From: Heterodontus francisci
Taxonomy: Eukaryota
Assembly: GCF_036365525.1 (NCBI RefSeq)
Contig: NC_090390.1
Span: 55,720,153 to 55,784,152 of the forward strand
Reading direction: 5' to 3'
DNA: 64,000 bases
Shown here: piece by piece, positions 23,180 through 34,310 of the stretch
Layout of the letters: the number at the start of each line of letters is the position of its first letter
Numbering within the stretch: position 1 is the first letter of the stretch
Translations under genes and position numbers: made by a program
Notes under the pieces: model-generated
Told to the model about the DNA's origin: nothing
The model's database searches: none
Seen by the model: the letters and a program-made list of their open reading frames with translations, nothing else

Positions 23180-26100
23180 ATTTATTCATTCATGGGATGT
23201 GGGCATTGCTGGCAAGATCAGCATTTAATGCCCATTCCTAATTGGTTTTGAGAAGGTGATAGTGAACCACCTTCTTGAAACACTGGAATCTGTGTGGCGA
23301 AGATATTTCCACAGTGCTGCTAGGGAAGGAGTTCCAGGATTTTGACCCAGGAGGATCAAGGAATCGCAATACATTTCCAAGTCAGGGTAGTGTGTGACTT
23401 GGAGGTAGTGGTTTACCCATGCTCCTACTGTCTTTGTCCTTCTAGACATGTGCTTTGGTGAAAAGGCTTGGAGAGTCAGAAGGTGAATCTCACCACAGAA
23501 TACCCAGCTTCTGGCCTGCTCTTCTAGCCACAGTATTTATTTGGCTGCTCCGGTTAAATCTGTCAATGGTGACCTCCCCAGGATATTGATGGTGGGGAAT
23601 TCAATGATGGTAATGTCATTGAATGTCAAGGGGAGGTGGTTAAACTTTCTCTTGTTGGTCATGACCACTGCCTGGCACTTGCTATTTGTTATTTGCCACT
23701 CACCAGCCCAAACCTGAATGTTGTCCGGGTCTTGCTCTATACAAGCATGGATTGCTTCATTATCTGCGGAGTTGCAAATGGAACTGGACACATTGCAATC
23801 ATCATGAAACATCCACACTTCTGATCTTATGTTGGAGGGAAAGTCATTGATGAAGCAGCTGAAGATTGTTGGGTCTAGGACACTAGCAACTCCTGCAGCA
23901 ATGTCCTGGGGCAGATATGATTGGCCTCCAACAACCACAACTGCTTCAATTGTTGCTAGGTATGACTCCAACTAATGGAAAGGTTTCCCCCGATTCCAAT
24001 TAACTTCAATTTTATTAAGGCTCCTTGATGCCACACTTGGTCAAATGCTGCCTTGATGTCCAGGGCAGTCACTCTGACCTCACCTCTGGAATTCAGCTCT
24101 TGTCCATGATTGGACCAAGGCTGTAATGAGGTTTAGAGTGCTCCTGGCGGAACCCAAACTGAACATTGGTGAGTAGGTTACTGATGAGTATGTGCTGCTT
24201 GATAGCACTGTCAACAACACATTCCATCACTTTGCTGATTGAGAGTAAGCTGATGAGGTGGTAATTGGCCAGATTGGATTTTTGTGGCAAGACATACCTG
24301 AGCAACTTCCCGCTTTGTTGGGTAGCTGCACTGGAACAGTTTGACTAGAGTTCTGGAGCACAAGTCAAGAGCAATACTGCCAGCATGTTGTCAGGACCCA
24401 CAGCCTTTGCTGTATCCAGTGCGCTCAGCTATTTCTTGATATCACATGGAATTAATCGAATTGGTTGAAGACTGGCTTCTGTGATCATGGGGACCCCAGG
24501 AGGAGGCTGAGATGGATCATCAACTCTGACTGAAGATGGTTGAAAACTTTTCAGCCTTGTCTTTTACACTGATGAGCTCTGTTCTGCCATCATTGAGGGT
24601 GGGAATATTTTTGGAACTTCCTCCTCCAGTCAATTGTTTAATTTTCCACCATCATTCATGACTGGATATGGAAGGAGTACAGAGCTTTGATCTGATCCAT
24701 TGGTTGTGGGATTGCTTAGCTCTGTCTACAGCCTGTTGATTCCACTGTTTCGTAGGCACACAGTCCTGCATTGGAGCTTCAGCAGGTTGACACCTCACAG
24801 TTAGATACTACTGCTGCTGCTCATTGGACCAGGATTGATCCCCTTGTTTGATGGTAATGGCAGAGTGAGTGATATGCCAGGTCATGAGGTTACAGATTAT
24901 GGTGGAATACAATTCTGCTGTTGCTAATGGCCCACTGCACCTCACGAATGCTCAGTATTGAGCTGCTAGATCTTTTCTCAATCTATCCCATTAGGATGAT
25001 GGTAGTGCCACACAACATGATGGAAGATGTCCTCAGTATGAAGATGGAACCTTTTCTCAACATGGACAGTGCGGTTGTCACTCTTATCAATACTGTCATG
25101 GATAGATGCATCTGTGACAGGTAGATTGGCAAGGATGAGGTCAGCAGGTTTTTCCCTCATGTTGGTTCTCTCAACCACCTGAAACAAACCTGTCAGTCAG
25201 CTATGTCTTTCAGGACTCAGCCAGCTCAGTCAGTAGTGGTGCTACTGAGCCACTCTTGGTGATGAACATTGAAGACTCCAGCCAGAGTACATTTTGCACC
25301 TGCGCTTCTTCCTATTGATCTTCAACATGGAAAAGCACTAATTTATCAGCTGAGAGAGAGCAAGAGGTTTTCTTGCTCATGTTTGACATGATGCCATGAG
25401 ACTTCATGGTGTTCAGAGTCAATATCGATGCCTCTTCCTCCCAACTGTGTACCAATGTACCACCACGTTTGGATGTATCATGAGGGATGGTGATGGATGA
25501 GTCAGGGACGTTGGCTGAAAAGTATGATTACGTCAGGCTGTTGCTATAGCCCTCTCAGGGCTGAAAGTTGAGGCCCTAATGGGGGTGGGCTTGAAGGCAG
25601 GTGGGTACAGAATTTTGCACCGCCGACCAGCGTACCGGATCCCTGACTCCATCCCACCCCCAGGCCATTATCCAGGAGGAGGGATAGGGTGGGTGGCGTG
25701 TGAGAAGCCAATTAAGCCAATTAAAGGCTTATGAATGCCTGTTGTCGAAGGCCAACTGGAGTTTTCCAGTTGGTCTCCAGGACCCCGGAGATGTCAGGGA
25801 ACAGTATACATGCCTGGAAGTGGACTTTACAGCACGTGTCTTTGTTCTGGTGTGTCCACATCCAATGCCATCCATCTGATTTCACTCTTATTATACTTTG
25901 TCACAGCAGTTTGGTACAACCGAGTGGTTTGCTAGGTCATGTCAGCGGTAAGTTAAGAATCAAGCACATTGCTATGGGTCTTGAGTTACATATAGGGTAG
26001 ACCAAGTAAGGATGGTACATTTCCTTTCCAAACAGGCAGTAATGAACAAGATGGGCCTTTGCAACAATCCAGTAGTTTCATGGTTATCAAATATTCCATA

Positions 26101-26225
26101 TTTATTTAATTAACTGAATTTAAATTCCCCAGCTGTCATGGTGGGACTTGAACTCATGTCTGCAGATCATTAGTCCCAGCCTCTGGATTACTATTTCAAT
26201 AACATAACCACTAGTCTACCATTCC
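23180..26225 (-). mobile_element. Second, older near-full-length copy of the tRNA-headed CR1-group LINE (APE retained), interrupted by a MITE-like insert
   Basis: A box TAGACTAGTGG (26218-26208) and B box AGTTCAAGTCC (26154-26144). Same head-to-ORF junction as 2975-3006. APE remnants 24880-25545 (DLILANLPVTDASIHDSIDKSDNRTV), RT 23537-24305, 3' tail at 23180-23240. Confidence 0.9.
25558..25815. mobile_element. Harbinger-type MITE fragment inserted in the LINE
   Basis: Starts GGGCTGAAAGTT; CCAATTAAG repeats; interrupts LINE colinearity. Confidence 0.5.
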
Positions 26226-27031
26226 CAGATTCTGGAGCTATGTTGCATTGTACACAAAGCGATTACAGGCTGGATTTTCATAATGGAGGTGGGAAAAAGG
26301 AACCAGGTCTGATTTTGGGTCAGAAACCTGTCTCCCATGGGAAGCTGATTCACATTACAATTTTCAAATGGCTAAACCTTTAATTGGCATGGAGATAGGT
26401 TTCCTGCCCACTTAGAGCCAGTGGGATTGAAAATGGCAGTGGGTCAGATCAAAAGTGGGGCTCATGTAGACTTCCACGGCAGCCATCATTGACACTGCTT
26501 GTTTTCCTGAGGGAGAGATCTGCCTTCCACAGCATCAGGAGGAAGCAAAATGTCACAGGGGAGCTGGAGGCCTGGCACTAGGGGCACAGCAGACCCTTGC
26601 TTCATTGATCACCTGGATCTAATGCTCGAGGCTGTGAAAGAGAAGAGGGAGGTCCTCTTCCCAGAGGATGGTAGGAGGAGACCATCATGTCATGCAGCAG
26701 GGGCATCTCTATGTTCAGTGTTATTCCGCCCTCCACCCACTCTTCCTCCTCTGTTTTACCTCCTGCTCCTCCCCTGAAAAGCTGTCTCTATTCAGTCCTC
26801 AAGATCCACACCTCTCTGGAGGGTCATGTTATACAGAGCACAGCAGACCATCACAGTGACTGAGACCCTTGCAGAAGGATATTGGAGGGCACCACTGACC
26901 AATCCAAGCACCGGAATCGAATCTACAGAAACCCGATGGCCTGCTCAATGGTTGTCCTGCTGAGCAGATGGCATTGGTTGTTTTGCCTCTGTGCCTCTGT
27001 CTGGGATGCACGTAGAGAGGTCAGTAGTCAT

Positions 27032-27387
27032 GATTATGATTAGATTAGAGATACAGCACTGAAACAGGCCCTTCGGCCCACTGAGTCTGTGCCGAACATC
27101 AACCACCCCTTTATACTAATCCTACACTAATCCCATATTCCTACCAAACATCCCCACCTGTCCCTATATTTCCCTACCACCTACCTGTACTAGTGACAAT
27201 TTATAATGGACAATTTACCTATCAACCTGCAAGTCTTTTGGCTTGTGGGAGGAAACCGGAGCACCCGGAGAAAACCCACGCAGACACAGGGAGAACTTGC
27301 AAACTCCACACAGGCAGTAGCCGGAATCGAACCCGGGTCCCTGGAGCTGTGAGGCTGCGGTGCTAACCACTGTGCCACTGTGCCGCC
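27032..27387 (-). mobile_element. tRNA-derived V-SINE (HE1-like) with CR1-derived 3' tail
   Basis: A box TGGCACAGTGG, B box GGTTCGATTCC, V-domain GTGGAGTTTGCAAGTTCTCCC...GGTTTCCTCCCAC, tail GGGCCGAAGGGCCTGTTTC shared with CR1. Confidence 0.92.
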
Positions 27388-28046
27388 AAGGGATTTCCCT
27401 TGTCCCCTTGGATCCATCCACATACTTTGGGGGATGGAGTAAAGTACCGAGGCAGCCTGGACTGGCAGAGGATGAAGGAGTCATGGCAGCTGCCAGGAAA
27501 GCAAGTGCACACATAGACGAAGCTCTTGTTGTCACAGACTAATAGACATTGAGGGATTGAAATCCCTTCCTGTTGATGGATCTCACTGGTTGGTCATTGG
27601 GTGCCTTGATGGCCACATGGATGCAATCAACGATGCCCTGCACCTGGGGGAATCTGGCAATGGAGGCTGAACCCAATGCCATCTATTCCTGTGCAGACCC
27701 ATCTGTCTCAAACTGGGTATGGTTCCCTGCCCTCCTGAAAATGGCATCCCTGACCTGCCTAATGGCTTGATGAGCTGCCGACTGTGAGATGCCACCTAGG
27801 TGCACACCTTTATCCCTGGAACGACCCAGTTGCATAGAAATTTACAGCGACAGAGACCTTGATGGCTGCAGGTAGGGGACTGCCATGGGAGCTGTGAGAT
27901 CTCAGGTCATTGTGGATCAAAGCACACAGGATCGAGACCATCTGCCTGGATAGGCGCAGCCTCCTATGGCGCTGGTCCTCTGTCATTTGCAGGCAGCTGA
28001 CTCTTAGGCTGTGCACCTAATGTCTTGGGTAGCACCTTCCTCCCCT

Positions 28047-28295
28047 TGAGTTCTTTACGTTGTCTTGTGCAACATAAATGAGATGCATGGAGTCCAGTTA
28101 TGCTGAAGATCTCTAACAGGTTTATCAACAGCTAACAAGTATGTACAGTACAGATCTAACTATTTACAGAACCTTCCTCTAGGTGTTACTGTTACAGAGT
28201 GACTCTCGCTTCGATTCACATGACTACATCTGGGTGCTTAGCTCATTAGCATACTTAGATCTTAAAGGGACATCACTCTTAAAGGCAATCATACA
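28047..28295 (-). mobile_element. Solo LTR of the same Gypsy family as 43845-44080
   Basis: Reverse complement aligns with 43845-44076 (TTTAAGAGTGATGTCC, AGTATGCTAATGAGCTAAG, TAGTCATGTGA). Confidence 0.85.
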
Positions 28296-28943
28296 AGAGC
28301 AGCCACCCCTCCACTGTGCTCCTCTGGCCTCCTGCTGTCTAGGAGTTTGCATCTGCCTCAGCTCATCCTGGCTGCTCTGTCCAATGTCAGAGTAGCCTGT
28401 TCCTATCTGAACTCCCTCAGCTCGGCTTTGTGCCTTCACCAGGCCTTCCCCTACCAACTCCATCTGCCCAAGTGAAACCTTATGTCCCTTCTCCAGATTC
28501 CTGTCACTCATCACTGAGGAAAGCAAGTTTTACAGCTGCAGCAATGGCTACTCTGTGGCACTTTTGAAGCAGCTGAGCTTTTTTTGGTCCTCTGCAGTTT
28601 CTTAATCAGCCCTTCCCACAGCCCTCAGGGCCCCCTGCTGTGTTCACATCTTGAACATCCTGTTAAGATCCCCCATAGTGTCCTCCACATTCCCAGCCTT
28701 TAAAATTAAAACCTGCTGCTGACAAGCCTGATAATGAGTTCTTCAATGAGCTGAACATGCAATTAATTGGAAGCGAGCGCCCAACCCATTCCCTCGTTGC
28801 TGGCATCCTTTTAAAAATGGCGGCATGTTCCGGAGATGGCAGTTCCCAATGCCGACCTCCAAAAACACGATATTCAAATTGCGCTCGCCTCCATACTCAC
28901 ACTCAGCAAGTTTTAAAAATCCCGTCCTACATGTTCCCTAGTG

Positions 28944-30456
28944 GGGCCTTGACAGAAATCTTTGCATCCTCACTGGCTACAGGTGAGGTCCCAGAGGACT
29001 GGAGAATAGCCAATGTTGTTCCTTTGTTTAAGAAGGGTGGTAAAGATAATCCAGGAAATTATAGGCCGGTGAGCCTTACGTCACTGGTAGGGAAACTATT
29101 AGAGAGGATTCTTCGGGACAGGATTTATTCCCATTTGGAAACAAACAAACTTATTAGCGAGAGACAGCATGGTTTTGTAAAGGGGAGGTCGTGTCTTACT
29201 AATTTGATTAAGTTTTTTGAGGAAATGATGAAGATGATTGATGAGGGAAAGGCAGTGGATGTTGTCTATATGGACTTTAGTAAAGCCTTTGACAAGGTCC
29301 CGCATGGCAGACTGGTGCAAAAGGTGAAGTCACATGGGATCAGAGGTGAGCTGGCAAGATGGATACAGAACTGGCTCAGTCACAGAAGACAGAGTGTATC
29401 AGTGGATGGGTGTTTTTCTGAATGGAGGGATGTGACTAGTGGTGTTCCGCAGGGATCAGTGCTGGGATCTTTGCTGTTTGTAGTATATATAAATGATTTG
29501 GAGGAAAATGTAGTTGGTCTGATTAGTAAGTTTGCGGACGACACAAAGGTTGGTGGAGTTGCGGATAATGATGAGGATTGTCAGAGGATACAGCAGGATA
29601 TAGATCGGTTGGAGACTTGGGCGGAGAAATGGCAGATGGAGTTTAATCCGGACAAATGTGAGGTAATGCATTTTGGAAGGTCTAATGCAGGTGGGAGGTA
29701 TACAGTAAATGGCAGAACCCTTAGGAGTATTGACAGGCAGAGAGATCTAGGCGTACAGGTCCACAGGTCACTGAAAGTGGCAATGCAGGTGGATAAGGTA
29801 GTCAAGAAGGCATACGGCATGCTTGCCTTCATCGGTCGGGGCATAGAGTATAAAAATTGGCAAGTCATGTTGCAGCTGTACAGAACCTTAGTTAGGCCAC
29901 ACTTAGAATATTGCGTGCAACTCTGGTCGCCACACTACCAGAAGGACGTGGAGACTTTGGAGAGGGTACAGAGGAGGTTTCCCAGGATGTTGCCTGGTCT
30001 GGAGGGCATTAGCTATGAGGAGAGGTTGGAAAAACTCGGATTGTTTTCACTGGAACGACGGAGGTGGAGGGACGACATGATGGAGGTTTACAAAGTTATG
30101 AGCGGCATGGACAGAGTGGATAGTCAGAAGCTTTTTCCCAGGGTGGAAGAGTCAGTTACTAGGGGACATAGGTTTAAGGTGCGAGGGGCAAAGTTTAGAG
30201 GGGATGTGCGAGGCAAGTTTTTTACACAGAGGGTGGTGAGTGCCTGGAACTTGCTGCCAGGAGAGGTGGTGGAAGCAGATACGATAGCGACGTTTAAGAG
30301 ACATCTTGACAAATATGTGAATAGGAAGGGAATAGAGGGATATGGGCCCCGGACGTGCAGAAGGTGTTAGTTTCGGCAGGCATCAAGATCGGCGCAGGCT
30401 TGGAGGGCCGAATGGCCTGTTCCTGTGCTGTACTGTTCTTTGTTCGTTGTTCTAGT
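28944..30456 (+). mobile_element. 5'-truncated young CR1 LINE with an uninterrupted RT/C-terminal frame
   Basis: Open frame to 30370 with YMDFSKAFDKV, GVPQGSVLG and KFADD. 3' hairpin and GTTCTTT-type tail. Possible TSD CTAGTG at 28938-28943 and 30457-30462. Confidence 0.95.
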
Positions 30457-30625
30457 CTAGTGTGTTGTTTCCTATTTTCCTCCCTCCTTAAACTTTTTTG
30501 GCTGCATCCAGTGCTTTAATATCAATTTTAACTGAGGATGTTGATGTGATGAGCAAATGAGGTACCTGCTGTAGAAATTGTCATGTTCTCCATTAGTTGC
30601 TCATTAACAAGTTAAAAATGTTAAT

Positions 30626-30835
30626 AAAAGCAAAATACTGCAGCTGCTGGAAATCTGAAATAAAAACAAGAAATGCTGGAAATACTCAGCAGGTCTGGCA
30701 GCATCTGTGGAGAGAGAAGCAGAGTTATCGTTTCAGGTCAACAGAAGGGTCACTGACCTGAAACGTTAACTCTGCTTCTCTCTCCACAGATGCTGCCAGA
30801 CCTGCTGTGTATTTCCAGCATTTCTTGTTTTTATT
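30626..30835. mobile_element. Penelope-derived palindromic (hairpin) element
   Basis: 82-bp inverted arms 30659-30740 and 30754-30835 with 2 mismatches and a 13-nt spacer. 14-bp direct repeat TTAAAAATGTTAAT at 30612-30625 and 30834-30847. Confidence 0.88.
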
Positions 30836-33799
30836 AAAAATGTTAATGTTGGGTCTGTGCATGAACATGGGACATAATTATTGATGTGTGGGTCATCTCC
30901 GTGGGGGAATCAAGTCTGAACCATCAAGCCACTAGTAATATTGCACAAAATTACTATATATAAATGCTCACTAAGTGCTGTCCTCCCATAGTGCATGCCC
31001 TTCCTCCAATGCATAGAGGAAATTTATCTCTAAGTATGGATATTTTGAATTGTTTGCATAATTGTATTTCTGGATTTCCAAATGCATCTTGTCTAAAAAC
31101 ATTAAGGTACAGTACTTGTTGACTGTGTGACTGTGATTTGGAAAGAGTTGCGAGGAAACCTCCTGTAGTATAAAAACATGGGTCTATGAAATGCTCTTTC
31201 TCTTCATCTCTACGATCCTTTGAATCCCTGCAGCAGCTGAAACTCTTAATATGCCAACCAAACAGCTGTTGCATTTTAAACAGTCCTCAGCTGGAACAGA
31301 AGGCACCATTTCTAACCGCTGGACAAGAATGTATGTCTGCAAACAATGAAGCAATGGAAACAGCAGAGACATCCAGAAGCTATTTATTGGCGTTACAAAC
31401 TGCAAGACAAGGGAAAATATTACAACTTGTCCACCCCTGTTGGAAATGTCAATCTAGACTGTTGAGAACTAGGAAAGAGCAGTCAAATTAGACTGATCTC
31501 CTTCTGTATTAGAATGATTAATCTAGTGAAATCTGAAACAGAATTTATGCATAAAAATCAATAAAAAAAATTTCTGGAGTGCACTTTATTTTGCTAGTAT
31601 ATGAATGCATGAGAGGGCGGGCAGTTAAAATCACCCTTGGGCTTACCTGCCAGATACCACTGTCTTCCCCTGGGCTCTGATTTTAAGCTGCTCTCGGAGC
31701 AGGCATGAAAGACACCCACCGGAAGCCTTCTTCAATTATACAGAGCAGGCTCCAATTCGATCAACGGGGCCTGCCTGCAATTTTAACTGGAGATCTTCAC
31801 CGGGAAGCTGTTGTGGGTTCCCCAACAGACCAACCTAGTGGGAAGGGGTGCCAAGATCAGAAGAGCAATTTTGGTCACACTGCTGCCTTGTTCCCACTGA
31901 GAAATAGGTTAGTAGAGTGATCAAAATTGTAAACAGCATGTTCTGCTTTTTCAAAATGAATCAGGGTCATCCGAGCTGATGAGCCTGGGTTGAGACAATG
32001 ACCAACATTGTATCAGTTTAGAATCGAGAGTGAGCAGTGGCAAGCCAAAGACTGGCCCCTGCAACCTTAATTCACCTCTTCAATGCCGATAGCAAGTGTT
32101 TATTTTAAGCCTGTGCAAATTCACTTTGTTTTTAAAATACAACAATTAAGCATAACTCAATCCCAAAATCCTTTCATTGAAGAAAGTCATTGATCACAAG
32201 GACAAGAATTTACCACAATCTGCCAGTTGTTCCAAAGTATAATTCTTGTGGCACTCTTGTTTCCTCTGCAATACATCTCTCCTTTCTCGAACAGATTCAA
32301 CACAGCACACTCAATTGTTGGAAGGATTAATTGTGATACTTTCACTTTTAATTAGGAATTGTCATAATTCCCTTCCATTTCCCATAAGGATTCATTAAAT
32401 ACTTGAGGTCCAATTTTTCACAGCAATTCTCCACAATATTTGCACCTTGCTATGATTCATGATGAAACTTAGTTCTCAAAGAAATTCAACCTGATACATG
32501 CTATTTTAATTCTCACAGGAATTCATAACAACACTTTTTCTTGAATCTATTTTGTAAAATGCTGTCATTTCTTGCAGACGTTTGCTGTGAACTTCAAGGT
32601 ATACCAATTTCTTATGTTGATTCGCTGCGATGTTTTTGTTGCTGCTAGACATTCCAATGTGGCCACTCTTGTTTCTCCTTGGGATTTATTGTGATGTTAT
32701 TGCTTCTCACGGAGCATCACCACCATGTTCTCATTTCTCCTTTGTTGCAATGTTCATGACACTTTTGTTTCTCACACTAATTGACTGTGACAATCTGCTT
32801 TCTTATTTGCTGAGTTTGCTTCAACACTGTCCTTTCTCATTTAAATTAATCGTTAACTCTCATTTCTTGCACAGGTTCAATTCAAAGTTCTCAGGTTTTT
32901 GCAGGCATTTAGAAATGGTCAATTATTTCTCAAAGCTTAGGCCAATTAAGCTAATTGAAGTAGTACTATTGGTAAAAAGGATACAACTATTGAAATTGAA
33001 AGGATATAAATAAGTAAGGCGAGATAGCAAAAGCATCTGAATAAAAATTAGTAATGACAACAACAACAAACTAAAACTGTCAGTTGCGATCAAGCACCCT
33101 TAAGGTAAATAAACAACAAACATGTGTGACAAAAAAAAAAGGAATTATGATGCAGCTATCACAGGAGCCCCAGCATTTCTTGGGAGATCTGTGGTCTCGA
33201 ACTCTATTTCAGGCAGGGAACTGATGGAAAATCTGAGCAATGCCGGAAACCCAGTTGTACCAGGAATTCCACCATTTCTGAGAGTTTCCTGTTTGTCTTC
33301 TAAGGGGAAATACATCAATTTGCATAAGACAAAGCAAGAGGCTGAGCCGGTGCTGGGCTCCCTTCATTGAGAGATGCCACTCCATAGACACATTAGGGAC
33401 TCGTATCCATGGACAATGGTATGTCTAGTGAGGTAAGGTGTGCCAGCCTCCAAAGGGATGGATGTGAGTCTCACAGGTGAGGTCCAGGTCAAGCAAGTTT
33501 CTAGCTGCTGTGAGCAAGCAAGCACCGGAAGTGCACTCAAAGTGGTGCTTAGGCCCACCTGTCTCATGATATATTCTCCAACTGACTTCAAGGATTTTCG
33601 GTGCAGGGTATTTCAATGTTCAGGAGGTAAAGTGAAAGAGCCAAGTCAGAGGGATGAAATTATAAACAATTTCATGGAAGTAATTAGTGACTGCTTCTCG
33701 ATGTACTGTCATAGTGATTGGGGGAAAGGAGCAGTGCACAGCAGGAGAAGGTACACCTGCTCTTTCACTTCCTCTTCTGCTACCGTCCAAGGCTATAAG

Positions 33800-33890
33800 C
33801 ACAGCACTGCAGTAGAGTACCAGCCAAGGTTCTGGAATTTGACCTCGCAACCTTCCCATTCAAAAGCAAGAGTGTTACAACTGAGACAAG
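33800..33890 (-). mobile_element. Degraded tRNA-derived SINE head (DeuSINE-like)
   Basis: Reverse strand TGTCTCAGTTGTAACACTCTTGC...AGGTCAAATTCC...GGCTGGTACTCTACTGCAGTGCTG. Confidence 0.4.
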
Positions 33891-34082
33891 GCCAGCACCT
33901 ACCATCAGCATTAAAGACTTGCCAGAAAATTGATCAGGGTTAGTTTTCAGTGGGAACTGAGTGAAATCAAAACAATTAGATTTTCTGGTTCCAACTCCCA
34001 CTCGCAATGCCCAAAAGAAGATGCCTACTGATCTGAAAGCACCTGAAAAACTGAAAAGGTACGTAATAGGCACTATACTAAA

Positions 34083-34310
34083 CTTCTTCTTCTTCTTTGG
34101 CCTCCTTGTCTTGGGAGACAATGGGTAAGCGCCTGGAGGTGGTCAGTGGTTTGTGGAGCAGCGCCTGGAGTGACTATAAAGGCCAATACTAGAGTGACAG
34201 ACTCTTCCACAGGTGCTGCAGATGAAATTGGTTGTCGGGGCTGTTACACAAGTTGGCTCTCCCCTTGCGCTTCTGTCTTTTTTCCTGCCAACTGCTAAGT
34301 CTCTTCGACT
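34083..34310 (-). mobile_element. RTE LINE, short 3' end
   Basis: Near-identical to 43350-43570 and 48424-48645; (GAA)n tail; 7-bp TSD TACTAAA at 34076-34082 and 34311-34317. Confidence 0.93.

Larger units (their letters stand above)
26267..28927. mobile_element. PIF/Harbinger DNA transposon, degraded (Myb gene start on +, transposase on -), with nested SINE and solo LTR
   Basis: Imperfect TIRs AGGCTGGATTTT and AAAATCCCGTCC, flanked by TAC at 26264-26266 and 28928-28930. Myb N-terminus in ORF 26550 (LDLMLEAVKEKREVLFPEDGRR). Transposase motifs [27 protein letters not shown] and TTIEQAIG on the minus strand, 28020-26810. Confidence 0.88.

Noticed and set aside
30954-31491. Overlapping 70-106 aa ORFs and a good minus-strand acceptor at ~31402
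   Set aside because: No recognisable domain and no convincing donor in a consistent frame.
32150-33013. Strand-biased stretch and hydrophobic 127-aa ORF
   Set aside because: The hydrophobicity follows from T-richness; minus-strand frames have many stops; possibly an unidentifiable ancient TE.
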